This document shows positions 34,307 through 45,400 of a DNA stretch of 64,000 nucleotides, piece by piece. Location: IMG/VR virus record IMGVR_UViG_3300021255_001602, positions 64,001 to 128,000 of that record; one strand, 5' to 3'. The DNA comes from a virus (taxonomy: Duplodnaviria > Heunggongvirae > Uroviricota > Caudoviricetes). The notes under the pieces were generated by a model. It was not told the origin of the DNA. It searched no databases and saw nothing but the letters and a program-made list of their open reading frames with translations. Every line of letters begins with the position of its first letter. Within the stretch, counting starts at the first letter, position 1. Position numbers and translations under genes: made by a program.

Positions 34307-36508
34307 TTATCTCTTCCAATTAGGTAAATTAAGACTATGTTTATAACGCATCTCAGTCTCTTGTTGCTTACCCTCATTAAATGCTGTAGTATAATCGCCC
34401 GTAAGATAACCTGTCACTCTGCGCAGCCTTTGGATACAATCACCACCACACTGAGGGCATTCATCATTAATATCATCTGTATAACCGCAGTCAAGACACA
34501 TATCATTGGGAACATTTATAGCGAAATAAGGGATGTCTTTATCCATTGCATAATCAATAATCTGTTCAACTGCATCTAGATTATTTTTTACGCTGCTTTC
34601 TAATTCCACATATGTAATACATCCTGCATTGGAATATCCTGTTAACTGAGATTCAATATCAATTTTTTCGTATGGATTTACTTTTTCCCAGACAGGAACA
34701 TGGATTGAGTTTGTAAAAAACTTTTTATCAGAGATATTCGGGATCACACCATATTTTTCTTTAAACTTCTTCATTGCGGTAAAGCACAAATTTTCAGCAG
34801 GACTATAATACACGCCAAAATTTAATTTATATTCTTCTTTAAATTCTGCACATCTGTCTTTAAACAACTGTTCAATTCGTTTTGCCAACTCCATACCTTT
34901 ATCAGTTGTATGGTTACATCCAATTAAGATTTGAAGAGTCTCAGCTAAACCAAGCTGTCCGATAACAATAGTTCCGTGTTTTAAAGCAGAACGGATACCT
35001 TCTTCTGGTATATAACCTTCCATCAGACCATTTTCATACATAAATTTAGCAGATTTAGGATTCTGAGAACAAATCCAATTGAAGCGTTCAATAAGCATGT
35101 CTTTAGCTTCATGAATCTTTTTATCAAGAATCTCAAAGAACTTATCAATATCTCCATTAGCTTCCATAGCGAGGGTAGGCATAATAATTGTTACGGGACA
35201 AATATTACCACGACCATCTTTTGTCTGTCCCATACCGTTAATATCTTTCCCGTTCACTGTCCTACATCCCATTGTACTAAAATATGTTTTAGGGTCATTC
35301 CTATCGTATCCTGCATTTCCAGACCAATCAACATTCGCATAATTAGGATAAAGTCTCAATGCCGTAGATTGAATAGCAAGTTTCTTCAAGTCATAATTAG
35401 GGGTGCCCGGTTTATCATTGACGCCTTTCATATATTGAAAAATTCCACAAGGGAAAATAGATGTTTTATGAAGCTTGCCAATGCCTTTAATTGACACATC
35501 AAGAATGGCCTTTGTTACCATTCGTCCCTCAGGAAGTGTACATGTTCCATAATTAATAGAAGTAAATGGTAATTGATTTCCACTACGTGACTGAAGTGTA
35601 TTCAAGTTATGATACATACCTTCAACCGCCTGATATGTTTCTTTTGTTACCATATCAATAGCATACTCATAAACTTTTGGGAATTTCTTATATCTCTTAT
35701 CTTCAATAGAACATGCGTCCGCATTCCAATCAGGGTCTGGATTTTCATGTGCAATATATTTAAGGCCGTCTTTATAATGTTTCCAGAAACTTTTTCTTAC
35801 ATAAGGAACCATCGTCCAGTCAATATGGCTTGCAGAAACTCCCCCAAATTGCTGAAGCGACTGCAATTGAAAAATAACTGCCACAAGTTGAAAAGCAGTA
35901 TTTACAGACTGCGCAGGACGAACATCTGTCTGACGAGTATTAAATCCATTTGCAAGTAATTTATCAAAAGGTACAGTCAGACAATTGTGATCTCCAACCA
36001 CATAATGGTCTAAATCATGAATATAAATCTCATTATTAATATGATTATTTTTTGCCATCTCAGACATGCAATAATCAAGAGCATATTTTTTCATAACCAC
36101 GCTATTGGCTTCTCCCATTCGTCCACCAAATGAGTATTCGTCAACATTAGCGTTTTGATTTTGTACATTAGAAGCAGTAATTTTTTCACCAATATCCTGA
36201 ATTAATTGACTTTTTCTTTCACGCTCTCTTGTACGCTTATCTCTATAAAGAATATAGTGTTTTGCAACGTCCTTACGATTGCTTTTCATGAGTTTTTCTT
36301 CAACTAAATCTTGAATTAATTCAACACTTAATCCCTCATGATCAGCGCCCTCAAAATATCCTTCGATATAAGTGGCAATCTCTTTAGCCTTATTTTGTGC
36401 GTAAGGCGTCTTCTCTTCCCCCAATGCTCTAAAAGCATTTAAAATAGCGTCTACAATTTTTTGTTTATCAAACTCGACCTCGCGACCGTCTCGTTTAATT
36501 ACTTTCAT
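34307..36508 (-). CDS. nrdD: Anaerobic ribonucleoside-triphosphate reductase with ATP cone
   Basis: VIKRDG ATP cone; HNC, MGCRT, C-terminal CxxC...CxxC and RRVTGYL glycyl radical motif. Confidence 0.95.
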   Translation of the reverse strand: MKVIKRDGREVEFDKQKIVDAILNAFRALGEEKTPYAQNKAKEIATYIEGYFEGADHEGLSVELIQDLVEEKLMKSNRKDVAKHYILYRDKRTRERERKSQLIQDIGEKITASNVQNQNANVDEYSFGGRMGEANSVVMKKYALDYCMSEMAKNNHINNEIYIHDLDHYVVGDHNCLTVPFDKLLANGFNTRQTDVRPAQSVNTAFQLVAVIFQLQSLQQFGGVSASHIDWTMVPYVRKSFWKHYKDGLKYIAHENPDPDWNADACSIEDKRYKKFPKVYEYAIDMVTKETYQAVEGMYHNLNTLQSRSGNQLPFTSINYGTCTLPEGRMVTKAILDVSIKGIGKLHKTSIFPCGIFQYMKGVNDKPGTPNYDLKKLAIQSTALRLYPNYANVDWSGNAGYDRNDPKTYFSTMGCRTVNGKDINGMGQTKDGRGNICPVTIIMPTLAMEANGDIDKFFEILDKKIHEAKDMLIERFNWICSQNPKSAKFMYENGLMEGYIPEEGIRSALKHGTIVIGQLGLAETLQILIGCNHTTDKGMELAKRIEQLFKDRCAEFKEEYKLNFGVYYSPAENLCFTAMKKFKEKYGVIPNISDKKFFTNSIHVPVWEKVNPYEKIDIESQLTGYSNAGCITYVELESSVKNNLDAVEQIIDYAMDKDIPYFAINVPNDMCLDCGYTDDINDECPQCGGDCIQRLRRVTGYLTGDYTTAFNEGKQQETEMRYKHSLNLPNWKR

Positions 36509-36511
36509 AGG

Positions 36512-37081
36512 TTAACCTTCTCCTTCTACATAATTAACTATCTCCTTCACAACATCTCCAATCTCAGTATCTAAGTCATTCCAGACAACTTTTTGAGCAA
36601 AGATGTCCATGACGGAAAAATCAATACCATCAGTTTCAATTCTTCTAGCGACTTCTTGTTTAGTATCACCACGGTGTTTGGCACGCTCTCTAATTGTGGC
36701 GTCATTACATTTAAGATATATGACTCTAAAGTTTACAGACCCGTCACGTTTAAGTTCATACATCTTATCCACACCAGAAGGACTCAAAATAATGACCTTT
36801 TTTTGATCATCTCTAATCTTCATAACGTCCTCTTTAGCGCTGCCATAATACCATGTCTCACCAGAAGCTACCTTGTACGACCTATACTCCAAAAAGAATC
36901 CATCCTGAATCTTCCCCTCGAAATCCTTTTTGGAGATGTAATGATAATCTACACCATCTGTCTCACCTCTTCTCTTAGGTCTGGTAGTATATGTCACTAC
37001 CTTTTTAAAGCCTTTATTGATTAGTCTTTTTACAACAGTGTCCTTACCAGAACACATCTTGCCAGTAATAATAAGTAACAT
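36512..37081 (-). CDS. gmk: Guanylate kinase-like protein
   Basis: GKMCSGKDT, TTRPKRRGETDGVDYHY, YYGS. Confidence 0.88.
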   Translation of the reverse strand: MLLIITGKMCSGKDTVVKRLINKGFKKVVTYTTRPKRRGETDGVDYHYISKKDFEGKIQDGFFLEYRSYKVASGETWYYGSAKEDVMKIRDDQKKVIILSPSGVDKMYELKRDGSVNFRVIYLKCNDATIRERAKHRGDTKQEVARRIETDGIDFSVMDIFAQKVVWNDLDTEIGDVVKEIVNYVEGEG

Positions 37082-37083
37082 AT

Positions 37084-37284
37084 TTAATTATCCTCTTCTT
37101 CTTTGCACATTTCACGAAGCTTAAACACCATATCTACAATACCACCCATGCGTGTAGCAGACTCAGCCTGATCTTTAGCATCGGTGCCATAAATTACATC
37201 AGTCTCTTCTTTAAGCAGTTCGTAGCCCGCCATCATTACATCGTAAAATCCAATCATTTTCATTATAAACACCCTCCACAACAA
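37084..37284 (-). CDS. Hypothetical protein
   Basis: 66 aa co-directional ORF. Confidence 0.45.
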   Translation of the reverse strand: MLWRVFIMKMIGFYDVMMAGYELLKEETDVIYGTDAKDQAESATRMGGIVDMVFKLREMCKEEEDN

Positions 37285-37610
37285 CCATATGGTACATTCT
37301 CATTGAACAGTTCATCAATTTCTTCTGCATAAGGATGGAATTCCTTTGGAAGATAATCTACATCAATTCTCCAGTCATCATGATTTACATACGATTCTGA
37401 ATAATTGTTCCTAAAGCCGCAACCACCGCCACTTGTCCAAAACTGAGGCAACATTTTTACATCTTTATATTTGCCGTCATAGTCATAGCCAAAATAATAT
37501 CTTTGATCATCGATTTCTAATACAAGCACACCCATACATAGAGTCGGATATTTACCTGTATATTCAATGAATTTAACATGTGACGGGGTATATTTAGTCC
37601 CGATTAACAT
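37263..37610 (-). CDS. Hypothetical phage protein
   Basis: 115 aa; YTGKYPTLCMG...GCCGGCL. Confidence 0.65.
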   Translation of the reverse strand: MLIGTKYTPSHVKFIEYTGKYPTLCMGVLVLEIDDQRYYFGYDYDGKYKDVKMLPQFWTSGGGCGFRNNYSESYVNHDDWRIDVDYLPKEFHPYAEEIDELFNENVPYGCCGGCL

Positions 37611-37788
37611 AACTCACCTCAACGTTTCTTTCGAAAAACTCCACACGGATTCCACACATATACAGCGAACCATATCCAATATATTGCGAACCAGATATTT
37701 AAGGTATGTAAGACAAATGAAAAATAACATATCTGTAGTACAAGAAGACAGCCTATACATAGCATGATTATTCCTAAATTAGTCAACA

Positions 37789-38196
37789 TCAATCCCCCTT
37801 ATAAGGCTTGCATTTTTCTTTCCAAGCTACGACTTCAAACTCAGTTTCATCAATGTGCCAGCATTCTTCCATAAACCAGACATCTTCATGCCATCCTCTT
37901 GGGACATACCATGTATTAGTGAACTCGTCCCATACGAGATCATCATCCTCATAATCATCCCAATTGTATGCGCTGTCGTCTACAGGGATAGACCCATCTT
38001 CATAGAATGCATTACATGTTGCATACCAATATTCAGATGGATTGTTGTGCTTTTTCCATCTGAATGTAATTTCGACAGGCTTCTCAGATTCAGGAAGCCT
38101 ATCAGTTACTTTAATCCAATCTTTATTACCTTTTGCCATAATTTGAATTTTCTCCTTAATCAACTTTTTTAACATATTTTGTACCACCAAATACAC
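37789..38196 (-). CDS. DUF551-like hypothetical protein
   Basis: WIKVTDRLPE...VVAW motif; true start probably MAKGN. Confidence 0.55.
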   Translation of the reverse strand: MYLVVQNMLKKLIKEKIQIMAKGNKDWIKVTDRLPESEKPVEITFRWKKHNNPSEYWYATCNAFYEDGSIPVDDSAYNWDDYEDDDLVWDEFTNTWYVPRGWHEDVWFMEECWHIDETEFEVVAWKEKCKPYKGD

Positions 38197-38389
38197 TGCC
38201 TATAAGTCCCAATATAAGCCATACACCAAACGCCAATCTCCAAGAAAATGTTTTATGAAAAGCCCAACATATACCTTTAATAATCAGTCCCGTAAGACCA
38301 AAACTGGCTCCTAATATAAGAATAATAGGTATAATAGAAATACCGATAATTAATATATAGCCTAATATATTTTTAATCATTTTGTTCAT
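38156..38389 (-). CDS. Small membrane protein
   Basis: 77 aa, two hydrophobic helices. Confidence 0.55.
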   Translation of the reverse strand: MNKMIKNILGYILIIGISIIPIILILGASFGLTGLIIKGICWAFHKTFSWRLAFGVWLILGLIGSVFGGTKYVKKVD

Positions 38390-38405
38390 TTTTAGTGTCC
38401 TTTAT

Positions 38406-39131
38406 TTAAATCTGTACTTTAGCAAGAAATTCTCGATTAAACCAAGGCATCTGTTCTTCAATCTGATCCTGAATCGCTTCTGCAAGTTGCTTAACTTCTG
38501 GATTTGCAGTTCCACTCTCATTTCTCATACGATATACATGTGCCCACTGAGCCATATTGCATTTAAATATGAAATTGGAGGGAATAGACTCCATATATAA
38601 CCCACGCTTTACATCACGATTATCTTTTAAATCCTCTTGAATATAGCCGTTCGCTGACCGAACATAAGTTACATTATCTTTTTTAAATTTTTCAGGAACA
38701 TCAATCCCCAAATACCCAAGTGCTACACCCAAAGGAATGATTTTATCCTTATAATAATCAGACATTTCTCCTTCAGAAAAATCCGCAAGACGTGTAGAAC
38801 TACGAATAATTCTGTTATCAAAACGTTTAGCGTGGGCATCCCAATCATCCTGTCCTGCTCTATGAATTTCTTCAACTGTCACCGAAATGGTTACAAAATC
38901 AAGCATTGTAGTATGCTTCCATGCATATTTACAAAATGATTCGATTAACTGACGAATCAGTTGCAAGTCTCCATCTTTCCAAAAACGTCCTTCTAAACTA
39001 TATAATTCGTTTACTTCTTTCCAAGCCCGTCTAATATTTTCTTCTTTTTCTCGCGTCCAAGTACGTTTACTAAAATATAAAGTAGTAAGTCCATCAGCCA
39101 TACCTGTAATTTCATTCAAATATACATTCAT
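38406..39131 (-). CDS. Diverged flavin-dependent thymidylate synthase (ThyX)-like protein
   Basis: KHTTML, HAKR-x7-S(STR), KRGL, N...W.HVYRMR...ANPEVK align with ThyX motifs. Confidence 0.6.
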   Translation of the reverse strand: MNVYLNEITGMADGLTTLYFSKRTWTREKEENIRRAWKEVNELYSLEGRFWKDGDLQLIRQLIESFCKYAWKHTTMLDFVTISVTVEEIHRAGQDDWDAHAKRFDNRIIRSSTRLADFSEGEMSDYYKDKIIPLGVALGYLGIDVPEKFKKDNVTYVRSANGYIQEDLKDNRDVKRGLYMESIPSNFIFKCNMAQWAHVYRMRNESGTANPEVKQLAEAIQDQIEEQMPWFNREFLAKVQI

Positions 39132-39147
39132 ATTTAATATTCCTTTC

Positions 39148-39906
39148 TTAATCTAAAACAATAGTTCTCCATTTTTTATTCTTCTCATATTTCCACTGAA
39201 ATTCGCCACAATAAATCCTCGTCTCAATAGAATCTATATGATCCATTCCAAATAGAAAGTCTCGAATCTTATCACAATCTTCAGTACTGAAATTATGAGA
39301 AGCTTTAGCCCGTTCCAAATCACGCTCAATCTCTTCCTTAGACCATTCTTCATCAGTTAATTCAGACTGGCGCTTCCATTCAGCTTCCTGCGCATCAATA
39401 ACAGCCCGTGCTTCTTCATAGGTTTTAAATGCTTTGTCCTTCTGAAGGGTAATATGCGGATAAACATATGTAGAATTATCATGTTCTTTCCTGATACGCC
39501 AACCAAGCTTATTACTTACTTCAGAATGTGGAACTGTCTGGTCGTAATCTTTAAGATATATCAAAAACCCATGCTCTAAAGCTGTCTTCACATCTTCTGG
39601 ACGGTCTAATCTAAGAGACATTTCCAACAGATGTTCGTCTGAATCAATAGGGACTGTGCTCTTCCATTCAACCTCAAATAATTTAGTATTATAAGTCCAT
39701 CCCTTAGGGAGCTTCTGCCATGAAGTTACATTAGGAAAATCTTTATAAGGAATACCATTAATATAACGGTTATCATGCATATGCAACCTATCGACACACA
39801 CAGCATCAGAAAACTCTTCTGTTACAATACCGAAATCTACATACATATCTACTGACCATTTGTGATGTGCAACCCAATAAACTACATCTCCCGGCTGAAA
39901 TTTCAT
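39148..39906 (-). CDS. Hypothetical protein
   Basis: 252 aa ORF with GGAG RBS. Confidence 0.7.
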   Translation of the reverse strand: MKFQPGDVVYWVAHHKWSVDMYVDFGIVTEEFSDAVCVDRLHMHDNRYINGIPYKDFPNVTSWQKLPKGWTYNTKLFEVEWKSTVPIDSDEHLLEMSLRLDRPEDVKTALEHGFLIYLKDYDQTVPHSEVSNKLGWRIRKEHDNSTYVYPHITLQKDKAFKTYEEARAVIDAQEAEWKRQSELTDEEWSKEEIERDLERAKASHNFSTEDCDKIRDFLFGMDHIDSIETRIYCGEFQWKYEKNKKWRTIVLD

Positions 39907-39919
39907 TTAGCACTCCTTC

Positions 39920-40114
39920 TTAATAATCAGTTAAAATTGCGACATTATCATCATTAAATGTTACTTCAGTGACCTCTGAAAAATCAAGGTTATATAATAA
40001 TTTAAACCTCATATATGCCACCCCTTTGTTAGGAGCATATGTAATAGCTACGTCATCTGAAAATTTATGATCTTTCATGGCGTCTGGTTTTGCATAAACC
40101 CACAATTTGTCCAT
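39920..40114 (-). CDS. Hypothetical protein
   Basis: 64 aa with AAGGAG RBS. Confidence 0.6.
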   Translation of the reverse strand: MDKLWVYAKPDAMKDHKFSDDVAITYAPNKGVAYMRFKLLYNLDFSEVTEVTFNDDNVAILTDY

Positions 40115-40166
40115 TGATTATTAATCTCCTTCCACAACAGCGAGAACAGTTACTTAATACTCTGTT

Positions 40167-40195
40167 AGTATAACTGCTCTCACTGTATATGTCAA
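40167..40195 (-). promoter_or_regulatory. Sigma70-type promoter
   Basis: TTGACA-N17-TATACT upstream of the 40114 gene. Confidence 0.7.
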
Positions 40196-40213
40196 TATTT
40201 AATTTTTACATGT

Positions 40214-42490
40214 TTAAAAGACTAATTTAGGATGCGCAATTTCATATAGACATTCCTGTAAGTGTGTCTGCTTCTGACTTACTGCTTCTTGTGCCGTGGC
40301 ATATCTAAGCGCTGATGTTTGACATGTCAGATAGCATTTCTTCTTAGCACGAGTGATGCCAGTGTATACAAGCTGACGAGTCAGGAGGCTGTAGGAGTCG
40401 AAATCTAAATTAAGTATAATATAATTTGATTCTGAACCTTGATATTTATGATATGTAATAGCATATCCCAGATCAAGATTCTTCCAATACTCTTTAGGAA
40501 TTTCTACTCTGCCAATACCCACAAAATCGATCACCATTACATCAATCCAATCACCAGTTTCTTCATCTTCAATTGTTGTAATATCTTTAAGAATACCAAT
40601 ATTACCGTTATACACAACAGGGTCAACTTTATAGTTATTAACAGTATTAATCACTTTATCCCCAACACGGAAGATTCTAACCCCAGATGATGTAGTTAAA
40701 ACAGTTTCTTCTTTTTTATTACCAGAAGCAGGATTATATAGTTCCTGAATATCATTATTTAATATATAAGTATTCGCTGTTCCACGTTTCTTTACAGGTA
40801 CAAGAATCTGTGTCTCCATAATATCAAAATCTTTTTGAGACTGAAGAACCTGAAAGTGCTCCATAACCTTATAAAAACTATTACTTTTATCAAGATAGCA
40901 ATCTAATACAAGGTCTTTCAATTCACCATCTGTCCTTGTCCCAGACCAGTCTTTATCTACAATTTGCTCTCCATGCCTAATAGCCAGACTATCCGTAATA
41001 ATAGCTGACTTAGCAGCTTGCCTGTGAATTTTAGTAAGTGGAATATCAACAATTTCTTCCGAATGAATTAAATCATGAGCGATATTTCCACACCCGATAC
41101 TTTCAAGCTGACCATCATCACCCAGCATAATTAACTTAGAACCAGATGGAATAGAACGAATCAAATAATAGAACAAACTGGCATCCACCATTGAGATTTC
41201 GTCAAGAATAAAAATATCATAACCAAGCTGTTTATTTTGGTTGTAAATAAAATACTGATATTCTGGATCGCCTTTAGGATATCCTAGCAATCTATGAATC
41301 GTATATCCTTCTTCACCTGTTAATTCAGCTAATCTTGCGGACGCACGACCAGATAATGCACACATCACATGAGAATAATCGGGGAGGGCTGCAAGAATGC
41401 CTGTGACTAAGCTCGATTTTCCTGTTCCAGCACTGCCATGTACAAGAATGATATTGTTTTTTAATCCAGTTTCAATACCATTTTTTTGTTCTTCTGTATA
41501 TTCCCAACCTTGTTCAGATTCAATTTCTTTTATTCTTTCTTGCCACCCGCTATACTTAAAATCAGATTCCGCATCACGCAGACGAAGTAATTCCTGCGCA
41601 ATCTGTTCACTTAACCAGCGATAATAACTCAGCCCGATTCTTTGCTTATCGTCACTGCACCATAACTTATCGCCCAACTCTTTAATAGCAGCTGTAATAT
41701 CCTCATCAGCGACATCTTCACTAACATTGTCCAGAATCGCTCCAAGTAATTGGTCTGTGGTCACCCATGACATGCCGTTTTTACCACACTGATTAAGATA
41801 ATATTTAATATACTCTTTAATACGGAGCACACCCAAAGGATCAACACCACCCGCAATAGCAATGTCATCAGCTTTAGACCAACCAACCCCCTCAACTTCA
41901 TTGACAAGGATGTATGGATTATTTTTCACCTTGTCAATTACCAAGTCTGGAGAGCCATAGGCTTTTAGCAGACGGTCAATCATATTATTAGTCAGGTCAT
42001 ACCCCTCTAATTCAATATAGATTTTTGCACGCTTATAACTCATATCAAATCTACGAACCCATAAATTAGCGGTCTTAAGTCCGCATCCTTTAATCTTGAT
42101 AAGCGACTCCATGTCATGATTCTTGAGCGCCATAAACGGGTCATCAAGTGCATCATACATCATATTGACCTGTTTTTCAGTGAACAGAGAGGCAAGATAT
42201 TTCTTCTTGCCCCTATCATCTGTTTCTGCAAAATCAATCCTGTCCCAGATGGAAACAATATTATACTGGTCACCGTATTTATCATCATGAACAAAGTCGG
42301 CAATCACTGTACACATTTGACCTTGTTTTAATTCGGGCATCTGTCCTTTAAAACAAGCATTATTAAATCTACCTAACTGAACTTTACCCTCAATCTCCCG
42401 ATCAACAGAACAAGAGATAATACCCCAGTTGTCTTTGAAGAATAATACTTTTTCAATAGACACATCAGCCTTTATTCTTTCATCACTCAT
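40214..42490 (-). CDS. recD2: RecD2-like ATP-dependent helicase
   Basis: HhH region IKGCGLKTA, GSAGTGKS Walker A, LDEISMVD, HRQA, YAITYHKYQGSE, YTGITRAK. Confidence 0.93.
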   Translation of the reverse strand: MSDERIKADVSIEKVLFFKDNWGIISCSVDREIEGKVQLGRFNNACFKGQMPELKQGQMCTVIADFVHDDKYGDQYNIVSIWDRIDFAETDDRGKKKYLASLFTEKQVNMMYDALDDPFMALKNHDMESLIKIKGCGLKTANLWVRRFDMSYKRAKIYIELEGYDLTNNMIDRLLKAYGSPDLVIDKVKNNPYILVNEVEGVGWSKADDIAIAGGVDPLGVLRIKEYIKYYLNQCGKNGMSWVTTDQLLGAILDNVSEDVADEDITAAIKELGDKLWCSDDKQRIGLSYYRWLSEQIAQELLRLRDAESDFKYSGWQERIKEIESEQGWEYTEEQKNGIETGLKNNIILVHGSAGTGKSSLVTGILAALPDYSHVMCALSGRASARLAELTGEEGYTIHRLLGYPKGDPEYQYFIYNQNKQLGYDIFILDEISMVDASLFYYLIRSIPSGSKLIMLGDDGQLESIGCGNIAHDLIHSEEIVDIPLTKIHRQAAKSAIITDSLAIRHGEQIVDKDWSGTRTDGELKDLVLDCYLDKSNSFYKVMEHFQVLQSQKDFDIMETQILVPVKKRGTANTYILNNDIQELYNPASGNKKEETVLTTSSGVRIFRVGDKVINTVNNYKVDPVVYNGNIGILKDITTIEDEETGDWIDVMVIDFVGIGRVEIPKEYWKNLDLGYAITYHKYQGSESNYIILNLDFDSYSLLTRQLVYTGITRAKKKCYLTCQTSALRYATAQEAVSQKQTHLQECLYEIAHPKLVF

Positions 42491-45400
42491 CTACTTTCGT
42501 CCTTTCAAACTGCAATTCTAGTTTACCATCTGGTGTTATATTTTTAATTAAGTTTACTGTATGGTTATAAATCGTGTCTTTATATATAAGAGGGAAAAAT
42601 TGATCATCTCTCCTAATGCCACTAATAAGAAGCTTGTTACCACGTTTAAGCCAGCTTTCTTCAAGTACCTTCTTCTTGCCATCTCCTAATGGCTGCGAAA
42701 TACGCTTATTATAAAAGGCATAAGAACCTTTATAGAATTTCACGTTGACTACACCATAGCATGTAAGGAGTGCTATAGAGTGCCTGTTATTGTCACTTTT
42801 TAAGACAGTGCCCGCAATACGGCATACACGATATTTAGGCACATTCTTCCACTCACCATCAACCTTTCTCCTATACCATGTATAAGGTTCAGGATTCTCA
42901 GGCAGATTAAAATAATTTACAATACCATATTCAGCTTCGTTAATGCCGTCCAATTCATGGTTCTGGTCATAATAACAACATGCTTCCATATTCCAAGATG
43001 CTTCAGTACCAGATGCTTTATCATTCCAAAGAGACTGGAAAAGCGCACTGTTATAGGTATTTAAAGCATCTTCAGAGCCAAACCAATCACGCAAAGGCTG
43101 CGTTAGCATATCACATTCTTTCAAAAATTTCTTTTCTGAAATAATGTAATATCCGTCCTTCACATCAACTATACACTCCTCTGTAAAGTATTTTTTGACA
43201 GCTGGTTGCGACATATCATCCAGAATAAAATAACGGTCATGATAGCCACGTTTAGGAAGTTTTTTATTAGGATCAATATAAAGTTTATATAATCCCTCAT
43301 CATCCAGAACATATTGTTTAATCTTAATGCAATTCAAACTGTTTCGATATTGCTCTGGAATAATACCGAATTCCTGCATCTTAGGAAGCTGTGTCATCGT
43401 CAACTTTGACAACGGTTCAAAACAATAGTTACGCAAATACCATTCCATTGTTTTAAAACGGTCTGGATTATGTAATGTAAGGAAACACCCACCTTTAATT
43501 AATTTAATCATTTGAGCAGGATGGATGATCTTAGTGTCGAGCATGCGTGTTGCAAAGTCCTGTATGGATACATAAGGTGCGTTCTGAATAATTGACTGAG
43601 CCAATTCAGTGTTAACACCATTCACACCTTTCATACTAAAAACAATCTGTTCATTTTTAACATCAGGTACAAATTCAAACTGAGGATTATTAATATCAGG
43701 ATTTGATATTGTAACACCCTCATGCTGAATCGCCGCAATAGCGACAGCCATTTTCCCATAATCTGTGGCATCGTTAGCATCAGCGTTATATGATCCTGAA
43801 CGAACGATAAGATTTGCTGTCTGCCAATAAATAGGATTATATTTATAATTAAGCCATGCTTCTTGCAAGCCAATACAACTATAACAAAGTGTATGTGATT
43901 TATTAAATCCATAGCCTCTCTGAGTATATATCAATTGATACCAAACATAATTAGTCAGATTAGGAGAAAGATTCTTTTCTTTTGCATTCTCAAAGAATTC
44001 TTTTTCTAATCGTAGGAAATCTTTAGGATTCTTCTTAGCTACCGATTTTCTAAGCTGGTCACTCCATCTTAAATCAAAACCGCCAATCTTAGGATGCATC
44101 GTCAAAAGTACTAGATATTCCTGCGCTTCACATATACCATATGAAATACCTAAAATATCTTTTAAGATGTCTTGTTCTTCCTGAGTCAATCCATATTCAG
44201 TCATCTCATCATACCAAAGCTGAATGTTCTCATGAAATCTCGCATATTTTTCAAGAGGCATCTCATCACCTTTATTCTGTGGCATAAGTCGAATAACTGA
44301 ATTGATAGTTGCCAAATCATCTACTGAATGTGGCTTAACTAATGATAACGCCTTTTTACCTGAATCTTTATCAAACTGAAACAGATTCATAATTTTCTGG
44401 TCACCAATCATTTTCCAAAGTTCAGGTGCATCTCTATCTATATTATATATTCCAAGATATTTCATATAGGTAGAATATAAATCACCTTGCCACTGTATTT
44501 GATTGTCTTTTAAAAGAAGATTTAGAGTAGCATGTAACAAATCAGTAGCATCCGTTGACAACTCATCAATCTTAATCAATGAAACTGCTTCATCACCATG
44601 CAAATCAAATTGTGTAATAACATCACCTGAATTTGTACGCATTAAAGCAGTTGATTCAGTCAACGGTTTATCACAAATAATAATACCACCCGCATGCGAT
44701 CCGATACCGCTAATCAGTCCCTCAATTTTCTGAGCAACTTCCCATAGCTGCGGTCTGGCATTCATTTCTTTTACAAATTCAGAGACAGGTGGATTCTCTT
44801 CATCTCCATAATACATTGTCTTTAAACTACGTGCTTGTCCTCTGTCAAATACTACCAGAGAAGCAATATAAGAAGCTACATCATTTGAAATGCCAAGACC
44901 ACGACTAGCTGTAAGAATAGCACTCTTGCTTTTCTCAGTTTGAAGCGTCATGACCTTAGATACTCTATCTGAACCATAAGTGTCAATGAATTTTTGGATA
45001 ACCGCTTCTCGTTTGGCTGATTCTATATCTGTATCAATATCAAGAACACTCGTTCGATATGGATTAAGGAAGCGCCATGGATACAATTTTGTCTTTTCTC
45101 GTAACGGATCAACCTGAATAATATCTAATAGATATAGTAAACAAAAGCCACCACCAGACCCACGACCGGGCATAACTAATGTTCCTGCTTCCCATGCAAG
45201 CTTAATATAATCTCTAACTTGCATCAGGTATTTTGACCATCGAACCTTGTTAACTTCAGATGAAATCTTAATATATGATAAACATTCATTTATCATTTCA
45301 TATCCACGTTGACATTGATAATGTGTGTTCTTTGTATCAATAGATCGTAACAATTCTCTGGTCATATGTCTGTCAGCAGGATATTCAGAATGATAAAAGA

